From: Patescibacteria group bacterium
Lineage (GTDB): Bacteria > Patescibacteriota > Patescibacteriia > Patescibacteriales > UBA12465
DNA: 64,000 nt
Assembly: GCA_049317985.1 (NCBI GenBank)
Contig: JBMOHF010000003.1
Location: 22,350-86,349, forward strand
Reading direction: 5' to 3'
The notes beneath the pieces were generated by a model that did not search any database, was not told the DNA's origin, and saw only the letters and a list, made by a program, of their open reading frames with translations. The translations under genes and the position numbers were made by a program. This document shows, piece after piece, positions 57,441-64,000 of this stretch (positions within the stretch are counted from its first letter, which is position 1; each line of letters starts with the position of its first letter).

Positions 57441-57551
57441 ACAGGACGAGAAAGCCGGAGCCGCATTTATGCGGCGAGGCCGGACTAGGGTGCTTGTTTT
57501 TCGCCGAGTGTAACGAAGGTGAAAAACTTAGCAACCGGAACCGAGTCCTGT
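57441..57551 (+). ncRNA. Unclassified GC-rich structured RNA candidate (three-way junction)
   Basis: Closing helix acaggac/gtcctgt (57441..57447 with 57545..57551). Arm 1: ccgg..gccgca-ttta-tgcggc..ccgg (57455..57483). Arm 2: 9-bp tttttcgcc/ggtgaaaaa extended by gcttg/cttagc (57491..57533). Sits in an otherwise AT-rich spacer. Confidence 0.5.
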
Positions 57552-57615
57552 ATTTATTAAATATTTATTAGCTGATTGCTTAAACTTTATCGACGTCATG
57601 AAATAATAACCCTAT

Positions 57616-57683
57616 GGGCCAGGTATGGCTACGAACCAGAATTTAACAATCAGGTCTTCGGAGTTCGATTCTCCGCTGGTCCA
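57616..57683 (+). ncRNA. 68-nt tRNA-like element (non-canonical; not assignable to an amino acid)
   Basis: Acceptor GGGCCAG/CTGGTCC with G3:U70 and discriminator A. Perfect T-arm CGGAG-TTCGATT-CTCCG. The D region (TGG-CTACGAA-CCA) and central hairpin CCAGA-ATTTAACAA-TCAGG (A-A mismatch, 9-nt loop) do not fit a cloverleaf. Confidence 0.5.
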
Positions 57684-57773
57684 CTTGGTTGAATTTTTTC
57701 AATCAACATGATATTATTAAATAGTTAAATTCTGGTACAATATACGTATCCATGCGAGACAATCACATATTTC

Positions 57774-57805
57774 AAAAACCTCCCTTTTCGGGAGGTTTTT
57801 GTTTT
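57774..57805 (+). terminator. Intrinsic terminator
   Basis: cctccc-ttttc-gggagg hairpin followed by tttttgtttt. Confidence 0.8.
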
Positions 57806-57883
57806 ATTCAAGTTTATAACTTATAATAGCAATACACTAACAGCGCCGTTTGGCGCCTATTCAAAAAATCTAATCATCTTTTT

Positions 57884-58108
57884 ATGTCCCAAGAAGAAAA
57901 ACACGAAGCAGCTTGCTGTTCCAAAAAAAAGCATCATGGCAGTAACAATAATTTATGTGGTGGCGTCTACTTTTTTGCTTTCATCGGCGCAGCTGTCTAT
58001 TTCATTCAGCACTCAAGCGGCTTTTGGCTTGGTGTACTGGCAGTACTCAAAGCTCTTGTTTGGCCAGCAATACTGATTCATAAAATTTTCACGATGATAG
58101 GTATGTAA
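57884..58108 (+). CDS. Small membrane protein with Cys/His-rich N-terminus
   Basis: 74 aa. HEAACCSKKKHHGSNNNLCGG followed by two hydrophobic helices. Confidence 0.5.
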   Translation: MSQEEKHEAACCSKKKHHGSNNNLCGGVYFFAFIGAAVYFIQHSSGFWLGVLAVLKALVWPAILIHKIFTMIGM

Positions 58109-58126
58109 AAGTTTGCCGCGGAATAT

Positions 58127-58154
58127 CAAAAACAGATTCGGTGAGTCTGTTTTT
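58127..58154 (+). terminator. Intrinsic terminator
   Basis: acagatt / gagtctgt hairpin followed by a T-run. Confidence 0.65.
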
Positions 58155-58200
58155 ATTTACCTGGCCATAGTATAATACAAGTAACTAATTCATTAAAAAT

Positions 58201-58380
58201 ATGGAAAATATAATAGAAAAAATCCGCCGAGGAAAAATTTTACCCACTTTTAAAGTTGACATTCGTACGGCATCCCAGAAAAAAACTATCCTTAAACAAG
58301 CGTTTAAACTGCAAAAGGAAAACGAATTACTGGCAGAAGTTAATTGGCCAGAATTAAACCGCTTCGTTATTCTCATTTAA
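58201..58380 (+). CDS. Small basic hypothetical protein (59 aa; below the ORF-track cutoff)
   Basis: Hand translation MENIIEKIRRGKILPTFKVDIRTASQKKTILKQAFKLQKENELLAEVNWPELNRFVILI*. TATAAT-like box upstream and a plus-strand terminator downstream. The antisense 63-aa ORF in the track looks spurious. Confidence 0.45.
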   Translation: MENIIEKIRRGKILPTFKVDIRTASQKKTILKQAFKLQKENELLAEVNWPELNRFVILI

Positions 58381-58395
58381 ACTCACTTCCTCTCT

Positions 58396-58418
58396 AAATA
58401 GGCCCTGGCCTATTTTTT
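58396..58418 (+). terminator. Intrinsic terminator
   Basis: ataggc(c) / (g)gcctat hairpin followed by tttttt. Confidence 0.65.
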
Positions 58419-58494
58419 ATTTTAGAATTCGTCTCCCATATCTAATAAACGCCCTAAGTGATAAAATAGAGATGAGAAATAACTACTAAAATAT

Positions 58495-59145
58495 ATGAAA
58501 AAGAAAAAATCAAATTTTAAAATTATCATTGTTGTTATTTTGCTTATTGGCCTCTCCGCTATTGTCGGCGAATATGTTTGGCAAAAAAATCAAGCAACTG
58601 ATTACGAAAAAAATATTCTCACTCAAAAAACAAATAACCTTTCTTCTTCAACAACATCGAGCATAACAGATACCACCACGCAAGAAAATGGACCACTATT
58701 ATACGAAATAAACGCGAAACAGGTATCCGCTACCCGAGAAATTGATGGGATATTTGACTATACTGCTGCAGAACTAAAATCAAGAGCCGATGATTGCGGG
58801 ACAAAATACCCCGAAGCTTATTTTGAAAATCTGGTTTCTCAATTTAGTGGCGCACCAAAAATTTATTATATCTTTAGCTATGAAGGCTCTAACCCTGCAA
58901 ATAGCGACGGAAGTGTTTATTCGGTGACTCTTTTACCAAACAAAGCTGGTTATACTTCTCAAGATCAATTTAAAAAAGATTTTAACCTCTGCTCTTCTGG
59001 CGGTGTCGATAATCCATTAATAATGAACAACAACTGGCTTCTTTTTGTTAGTTCCTGTGGCAGTGGTTTCAATGACGGTTCAGGAAGAATTAATGGCTGC
59101 GATGAAGCCAGAAAGATTATTGAGCCGAGTTTGGGATTGAAATAG
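58495..59145 (+). CDS. Membrane-anchored extracytoplasmic protein of unknown function
   Basis: 216 aa. N-terminal TM helix FKIIIVVILLIGLSAIVGEYVW. Ser/Thr-rich linker, then a globular domain with 4 Cys. Confidence 0.65.
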   Translation: MKKKKSNFKIIIVVILLIGLSAIVGEYVWQKNQATDYEKNILTQKTNNLSSSTTSSITDTTTQENGPLLYEINAKQVSATREIDGIFDYTAAELKSRADDCGTKYPEAYFENLVSQFSGAPKIYYIFSYEGSNPANSDGSVYSVTLLPNKAGYTSQDQFKKDFNLCSSGGVDNPLIMNNNWLLFVSSCGSGFNDGSGRINGCDEARKIIEPSLGLK

Positions 59146-59153
59146 GCTAAATC

Positions 59154-59182
59154 TTGACAAAATAAAAATACTATGGTATAAT
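59154..59182 (+). promoter_or_regulatory. Perfect consensus sigma70 promoter (TTGACA-17 nt-TATAAT) driving the downstream small RNA
   Basis: TTGACA 59154..59159, 17-nt spacer, TATAAT 59177..59182. No ORF follows before the terminator at 59293..59320. Confidence 0.75.
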
Positions 59183-59196
59183 TCTAATATACAAAC

Positions 59197-59289
59197 GCCA
59201 GGGAATTAGCCATTGTTCCTAACAAAATAATGGAAGCAAACGGGCGGTAAACTAATAACTCCGCAGAGGTTCGAATCCTCTCCTTGGTG
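59197..59289 (+). ncRNA. 93-nt tRNA-like small RNA of unknown class
   Basis: Four-helix layout. Acceptor-like GCCAGGG/CCTTGGT. 8-bp stem CCATTGTT/AATAATGG with loop CCTAACAA. GCGG/CCGC stem with 13-nt loop. Perfect T-arm AGAGG-TTCGAAT-CCTCT. Bounded by a consensus promoter and a terminator. Confidence 0.6.
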
Positions 59290-59292
59290 CAA

Positions 59293-59320
59293 AGCGATAT
59301 ATAATTTATATCGCTTTTTT
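59293..59320 (+). terminator. Intrinsic terminator of the small RNA
   Basis: agcgatata-taatt-tatatcgct hairpin followed by tttttt. Confidence 0.8.
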
Positions 59321-59345
59321 CTTTTTCTTCACTTATCCTATTTTA

Positions 59346-59354
59346 TGCTACAAT
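59346..59354 (+). promoter_or_regulatory. Extended -10 (TGcTACAAT) 6 nt upstream of polA ATG
   Basis: tgctacaat-tgaaat-ATG with no SD, so the polA mRNA is probably leaderless. Confidence 0.4.
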
Positions 59355-59360
59355 TGAAAT

Positions 59361-62033
59361 ATGGATAATAAACCAGAAATCTTAATAATCATTGATGGAA
59401 ATGCTCTCGTGCATCGCAGTTTTCATGCCTTGCCGACAACCATGAAGCGCCAAGACGGACTAACAACCAACGCTGTCTATGGTTTTACTTCATTTCTATT
59501 GAAAGCCATCCAGGAATTCAAGCCTCTCTATGCGGTGGTTACTTTTGATGAAGCTGCCCCGACTTTTCGCCACGAAGCTTATGTCGAATACAAAGCCAAC
59601 CGCGTCAAAGCACCAGATGAATTATACGAACAAATTCCTCTCACCAAAGAAGTTTTGGAAGCTTTTGAAATTCCAATTTTTTCTAAAGCCGGTTTTGAAG
59701 CTGACGATCTAATCGGCACCATCTGCCAAAAAGTAAAAAAAGAAAAAAACCTAGTTAGTTATATCATCACCGGCGATATGGATACACTCCAGTTGGTTGA
59801 TGACAAAGTAAAAGTTTATACCATGAGTCGAGGGCTGAGTGACCCAATAATTTATGATGCCGCAAAAATAAAAGAACGCTACGGACTTCGTCCAAACCAA
59901 GTAATTGATTACAAAGCTTTGCGCGGTGATCCAGGCGACAATATTCCAGGAGTAAAAGGAATTGGTGAAAAAACGGCAGTGGGGTTATTAAATGATTACG
60001 ATACACTAGAAAATATCTATCAAAATATTGACGCCGCCGAAAAAGAAAAAAAAGTTACTCCGCGTATTGCTGGACTACTGCGCGACCAAAAAGAAAGCGC
60101 CTTCTTTTCACAGGAGTTAGCAACCATCAATATTGATTCACCTTTAGAATTTGATTTAGAAAAAGCAAAATTAAATTTTTCGCGGGAAAAAGTTGCCGAA
60201 ATTTTTTCGGTGATGAATTTTCGTTCACTTTTAAACCGTCTGCCGAGTCACCAAGAAAATGATCAGGTTCAATCTTTAACAATCAAAAAAGAAGTAGCAA
60301 TCAAATGCCAAGAGATTAACAACGAAATTGATTTTAAGAAATTTTTTGATAGCCTAGTCAAGGAAAAATATTTTGCTTTTAGCTTAGAGATGAACGAAGA
60401 GAAAAAAATTGCTGGGCTTTCTTTTTCCTGGAAAAAAAATGAGGCCTTTTATCTTCCACTGAATAATTCTGCACAAGGTGGTTTGTTTGGGAATGCAAAC
60501 CCTTGGTTGGATAAATTAAAAGTAGTTTTCGAAAATCCAAAAATCGAAAAAATTGGGCATGATCTAAAATCTTCCTGGCATTATCTTGCCGATGAAGGAA
60601 TAACACTTAACGGCTTGTCCTTTGACGCAATGATTGTTTCTTATCTTCTTGACCCCGGACGTCGTCGACATGACTTGCAAACTTTAGCCTTCCTGGAATT
60701 TGGCTTAGAAAATATCCCTAGCGAAAAAGGGGCTGACGCTGCATTACTGTGGCGATTAAAAGAAGTGTTGGCACCAAGACTTAAAAAAGAAAACCTTTTG
60801 AACCTATACCTGGAAATGGAGCAGCCACTAATTCCGATATTGGGAAAAATGGAAATAACCGGCATTGCCTTGGATAAGGAATTTTTAAAAGAATTCAGTA
60901 AAAAATTAGCCAAGCGTCTGAAAGAACTTGAAAAAGAAATTCATCAACAGGCCGGCGGAGAATTTAACATCAACTCGACTAAGCAACTAAAAGAAGTTTT
61001 GTTCGAAAAATTAGCCCTGCCAACAAAAAATATCAAAAAAAGTAAAACTGGATTTTCGACGGCTGAAGATGAACTGGATAAACTGGCCGACTTACACCCA
61101 ATCATTCCCTTCTTAAAAGAATATCGCGAACTAAATAAATTACGCAGTACTTATATTGATGCTCTGCCACTTCTTGCCGACAAAAATAGTCGAATTCACA
61201 CAACCTTCAATCAAACAGTTGCGGCAACTGGCAGATTATCTTCGACTGACCCAAATCTCCAAAATATTCCAGTAAAAACTGAACTCGGAAAAGAAACGAG
61301 GCGAGCTTTTGTTTCTGCACCTGGCAAAAAATTACTAAGTTTAGATTATTCACAGATTGAATTGCGTCTTGCTGCTCATTTATCTGGTGACCCGATTATG
61401 ATCAAGGCTTTTGTTGACGGTGATGATATCCACACCATAACGGCAGCGGCAATAAACGGCGTAAAAGAAGATGAGGTCACAAAAAAAATGCGCCGTGAAG
61501 CAAAAGCGGTTAATTTTGGTATTCTTTATGGCCAAGGACCGCACGGATTAGCGCAAGGGACCGGAATTTCTTTTATGGAAGCCAAGGGCTTTATTGATAA
61601 ATATTTCGAAACCTACAAAGGCGTTCGCAAGATGATGGATCATTTCATCGCTCAAGCTGAAAAAGATGGTGAATCAGTCACAATGTTCGGTCGCCGCCGA
61701 CCTTTGCCAGATATGAATTCAGAAATGGCTCAAATACGCAAAATGTCTGAGAGAATGGCAATCAACACTCCCGTTCAGGGCGCTGCTGCTGACCTCCTTA
61801 AATTAGCAATGATTAAAATCGACGAAGCTATTGGCCATGAAGGACAGGATATCAAAATGCTACTCCAGGTTCACGACGAATTAATTTTTGAAGTTGACGA
61901 AAACAAGGTGGACGATTATGCTAAGATGATTAAAGATATCATGGAAAACACCCATCATTTCGCTGTCCCAATTATCGCTGAAGCTTCAGTTGGCGACAAC
62001 TGGAACGAATTAAAAAAAATGATAATAAAATAA
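59361..62033 (+). CDS. polA: DNA polymerase I
   Basis: 890 aa. 5'-nuclease domain (IIIDGNALVHRSFHA, GDPGDNIPGVKGIGEKTA). Central 3'-5' exo-like region. Pol motifs DYSQIELR, RREAKAVNFGILYG, QVHDEL. Confidence 0.95.
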   Translation: MDNKPEILIIIDGNALVHRSFHALPTTMKRQDGLTTNAVYGFTSFLLKAIQEFKPLYAVVTFDEAAPTFRHEAYVEYKANRVKAPDELYEQIPLTKEVLEAFEIPIFSKAGFEADDLIGTICQKVKKEKNLVSYIITGDMDTLQLVDDKVKVYTMSRGLSDPIIYDAAKIKERYGLRPNQVIDYKALRGDPGDNIPGVKGIGEKTAVGLLNDYDTLENIYQNIDAAEKEKKVTPRIAGLLRDQKESAFFSQELATINIDSPLEFDLEKAKLNFSREKVAEIFSVMNFRSLLNRLPSHQENDQVQSLTIKKEVAIKCQEINNEIDFKKFFDSLVKEKYFAFSLEMNEEKKIAGLSFSWKKNEAFYLPLNNSAQGGLFGNANPWLDKLKVVFENPKIEKIGHDLKSSWHYLADEGITLNGLSFDAMIVSYLLDPGRRRHDLQTLAFLEFGLENIPSEKGADAALLWRLKEVLAPRLKKENLLNLYLEMEQPLIPILGKMEITGIALDKEFLKEFSKKLAKRLKELEKEIHQQAGGEFNINSTKQLKEVLFEKLALPTKNIKKSKTGFSTAEDELDKLADLHPIIPFLKEYRELNKLRSTYIDALPLLADKNSRIHTTFNQTVAATGRLSSTDPNLQNIPVKTELGKETRRAFVSAPGKKLLSLDYSQIELRLAAHLSGDPIMIKAFVDGDDIHTITAAAINGVKEDEVTKKMRREAKAVNFGILYGQGPHGLAQGTGISFMEAKGFIDKYFETYKGVRKMMDHFIAQAEKDGESVTMFGRRRPLPDMNSEMAQIRKMSERMAINTPVQGAAADLLKLAMIKIDEAIGHEGQDIKMLLQVHDELIFEVDENKVDDYAKMIKDIMENTHHFAVPIIAEASVGDNWNELKKMIIK

Positions 62034-62064
62034 AAAAACCTTCTTTAATTTTATAAAGAAGGTT
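62032..62064 (-). terminator. Hairpin terminator between convergent polA and the 62063..62554 gene
   Basis: aaccttcttta / taaagaaggtt 11-bp hairpin. The T-run is present only on the minus strand. Confidence 0.6.
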
Positions 62065-62554
62065 AACCGGGAAACAAAATTTCCCAAAAAATATTGCTTA
62101 ATTCAAGTAGAATAATTATCCCGATGAAAATAAGGATAAAAGCCAAATAAGCAACAACCCCGAAACAAATTGAATTCAGATAAAAAGAGAGGCAAACACC
62201 CGAGGCGACGGCAAAGAAATTAATTGCTGGTAAAACGATTAATTCGTGTCGTTCAAGAAATTTTAGTTTAGCAAAACCAAAGACTAAAAAACCCCAAGCG
62301 GCAGTAAAAGCAAAATTCCAATAGCCTGCGATTTCTAGACCAGTCGCCTTCCAACCCCAGCTTTTTTCCATTACCGAAAAATATTCTTGGTTTGTGGAAA
62401 TAGTAAAAGATTTCTCTAAAATTATAGTATTAATTATTATAAATAGTAGAGAAAAAATAAACGAAGCGGCTAGAGAGACCAACAAAGATTTACCAATTTT
62501 ATAAATATAAAATTTAAGTGAATTCAAAATTTTTACTAATAAATTTTTCTTCAT
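62063..62554 (-). CDS. Polytopic membrane protein of unknown function
   Basis: 163 aa with 4-5 hydrophobic helices. Confidence 0.55.
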   Translation of the reverse strand: MKKNLLVKILNSLKFYIYKIGKSLLVSLAASFIFSLLFIIINTIILEKSFTISTNQEYFSVMEKSWGWKATGLEIAGYWNFAFTAAWGFLVFGFAKLKFLERHELIVLPAINFFAVASGVCLSFYLNSICFGVVAYLAFILIFIGIIILLELSNIFWEILFPG

Positions 62555-62621
62555 TATCTTAAGTTTTTAAAGTATTTAAGAATTTAAACACAGAAAAGGA
62601 TTAAAATCAATTTATTAATAT

Positions 62622-64000
62622 ATGGATAGCCAGACATCAAAAAGTTTTATCTTTAAAAGTTACTCCTTCGACCAGAGAACAAAACTGGCTTCTTTTTTTT
62701 ATTCCTTTGATAATAAATTGAATTTCAAAGAAATTCTCGATTTTTCTGCCTGCAAAACGAACTGGCATCAGATAAATAAAAAACTACTAGACCGAGCCCT
62801 CTTCAATCTTCATCTCGCAATTGGTGTCGGCTATTACAAGGCCTATTGCCCAAAAAAAATCGAAATAAAAAGCGGAGCACTCAACAAAGAACAAGCGGAA
62901 TTTTGGAATAAGCTCTACGAACGAGGACTTGGAGAATTTTTTTATCGTAACCAAATTGATTTCCGCGGTTTAATCAATTTTCCAGCCAACGGGAAGGGAC
63001 AAAAACCATTCGAAGTAAAATTTAAAAAACGAACGCTACTGCCAATCGGAGGTGGTAAAGATTCTTGTCTCAGCGCTGAAAAATTACTGGAAATTTGGCA
63101 CCCTTTCTCTTTGATTAGCTTGCGTGACAGCAAGATTCAAAAAGATACTGCAAAAATAATTGATGCGCCGAGACTTGTCATCGGCCGCGAAATGGATTCA
63201 CAACTATTCCGCTTGAATGAAAGCGGCGCTTATAACGGACACGTGCCGATTTCTTCAATTTATTCCTGGACCTGTGTCGTGGCGGCAATTCTTGGAGATT
63301 TTCAAGACATTGTTTTCTCTAACGAACATAGCGCCAACTTCGGAAATGTTGAGTATTTAGGAACCGAAATTAATCATCAATACAGTAAGAGTTTTGAATT
63401 TGAAACTGACTTTGCCAACTATCTTCATAAATTTTTAACACCAAATCTTCAATATTTCAGCATTCTCCGCCCTTATTCAGAACTGAAAATCGCTCGCGAA
63501 TTTTCTCAATACAAAAAATACTTCTCAGCTTTTTCTAGTTGCAATAAAAATTTTAAAATAACAAAAAAAACTCACCAACGTTGGTGTGGTGTCTGTGCAA
63601 AATGCGCCTTCTCGTTTGCTATTTTTGCTGCTTGGAATAATCCAAAAACTCTTCAAAAAATTTTTGGCGCTAATTTACTAAATGACAAAAAATTATTGGC
63701 CACCTTCCAAGAACTTTGGGGTGAAAAAGATTTCAAACCATTTGACTGCGTCGGTACACCAGAGGAAGTCCGCGCAGCCCTTGTTTTAATTTGCGAAAAT
63801 GCGGCCTGGGATGAATCATTGGTTGTTGAATATTTTCGAAAAAAAATTCTACCAACGATAAAAAATAAAACTACTTTATTAAATCATGAACTAACAAATA
63901 GCGCAGAACATGCCGTGCCTCTTAACTTCCAAAAGACTTTAATTCTTGGGTTTGGCAAAGAAGGAAAATTTGCTCTTAATTATTGGCGCAAAAATAACCC
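62622..64000 (+). CDS. PP-loop ATPase-like protein (MurL-like?) continuing into a MurD-like N-terminus; 3'-partial at window end
   Basis: Not in the ORF track because it has no stop. Hand translation from ATG 62622 is open to 64000 (459 codons). PP-loop LLPIGGGKDSCLSAE, WCGVCAKCAF Cys motif. Last residues KTLILGFGKEGKFALNYW resemble the MurD Rossmann N-terminus. Confidence 0.7.
   Translation, partial: MDSQTSKSFIFKSYSFDQRTKLASFFYSFDNKLNFKEILDFSACKTNWHQINKKLLDRALFNLHLAIGVGYYKAYCPKKIEIKSGALNKEQAEFWNKLYERGLGEFFYRNQIDFRGLINFPANGKGQKPFEVKFKKRTLLPIGGGKDSCLSAEKLLEIWHPFSLISLRDSKIQKDTAKIIDAPRLVIGREMDSQLFRLNESGAYNGHVPISSIYSWTCVVAAILGDFQDIVFSNEHSANFGNVEYLGTEINHQYSKSFEFETDFANYLHKFLTPNLQYFSILRPYSELKIAREFSQYKKYFSAFSSCNKNFKITKKTHQRWCGVCAKCAFSFAIFAAWNNPKTLQKIFGANLLNDKKLLATFQELWGEKDFKPFDCVGTPEEVRAALVLICENAAWDESLVVEYFRKKILPTIKNKTTLLNHELTNSAEHAVPLNFQKTLILGFGKEGKFALNYWRKNN

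Noticed and set aside
57441-57551. Assignment of the GC-rich element to RNase P RNA, SRP/4.5S RNA, a guanidine (ykkC) riboswitch or a hammerhead or other small ribozyme.
   Set aside because: It is too short for RNase P, and the P4-type pairing (AAGNCCGG with CCGGCUU) is absent. There is no GNRA-capped helix 8 motif. The ykkC-like strings are in the wrong order and no regulated gene follows. No CUGANGA/GAAA core was found.
57616-57683. Calling this element the tmRNA (ssrA) or a canonical or suppressor tRNA.
   Set aside because: Only 36 nt separate the acceptor 5' strand from the T-arm, so there is no room for a tag ORF or pseudoknots. No 5-bp stem with a 7-nt loop can be formed, so any anticodon assignment (AAC or UUA) would be speculative.
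57320-57810. Integrative element or prophage inserted at tRNA-Ala, suggested by the 11-nt T-arm repeat.
   Set aside because: The repeats are only about 167 nt apart. No integrase, recombinase or phage gene lies between or beside them. At most this is a relic, not a mobile element I can support.
58185-58376. 63-aa minus-strand ORF from the track.
   Set aside because: A 59-aa plus-strand ORF (58201..58380) occupies the same DNA. It has a -10-like box upstream and a plus-strand terminator downstream. The minus-strand product looks like antisense noise, though neither ORF is strongly supported.
1-64000. Alternative genetic code (UGA as Gly/Trp as in some CPR lineages, or global TAG reassignment) suggested by the in-frame TAG.
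   Set aside because: All long conserved genes are intact under the standard code. TGA terminates porB at its conserved end (25127..25129). TAG terminates the GH57-like gene and the Nudix gene itself.
1-64000. CRISPR arrays, rRNA genes, IS elements/transposases, and long direct or inverted nucleotide repeats.
   Set aside because: Reading the intergenic regions by eye, I found no spaced repeat arrays, rRNA-like segments or transposase/integrase-like ORFs. The only nucleotide repeats I could support are the 2381/3602 pair and the 11-nt tRNA T-arm repeat. A computational repeat search would be needed to exclude others.

Overview
AT-rich, very gene-dense window of about 60 protein genes with the standard genetic code. 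It looks like a small-genome Patescibacteria/CPR-type bacterium. That placement is inference only, based on gene content, a giant Cys-rich surface protein and pilin-like membrane proteins. Housekeeping genes I can support are argS, a T-box-controlled thrS, rsmA, xth, rnhA, recJ, lepA, murJ, rpoB-rpoC, murE, ftsK, a glgA/GH57 glycogen cluster, ruvC, yebC, gpmI, polA and tRNA-Ala(UGC). No rRNA, CRISPR array, transposase or integrase was seen. The most unusual features, in window order: (1) An XRE-Panacea antitoxin plus RelE-like toxin cassette has its own consensus promoter. It is flanked by an imperfect duplication of the 3' end of the upstream gene, which looks like an insertion footprint. (2) A 2722-aa secreted protein carries about 85 Cys, a recurring C-x5-G-C-x2-aromatic unit, three beta-sandwich lectin-like modules and a PKD-like C-terminus. 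It is flanked by a membrane-anchored protein and a lipoprotein. (3) A tightly coupled operon starts with a DsbA-like oxidoreductase, and its four 2-oxoacid:ferredoxin oxidoreductase subunit genes are interleaved with two paralogous Cys-rich membrane proteins. Both are built around a T4SS-pilin-like two-helix hairpin, and one is fused to an M15 (VanY-like) peptidase. This is my best candidate for an undescribed envelope or host-interaction system. (4) A Nudix gene is interrupted by a single in-frame TAG inside the Nudix box. (5) An RNA island after tRNA-Ala holds a GC-rich three-way-junction element that repeats 11 nt of the tRNA T-arm, followed by a 68-nt tRNA-like element. A second, 93-nt tRNA-like RNA upstream of polA has a perfect sigma70 promoter and an intrinsic terminator. 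The two tRNA-like RNAs share a YUAACAA loop. (6) A PP-loop (MurL-like?) protein, apparently fused to a MurD-like ligase N-terminus, runs off the window end.
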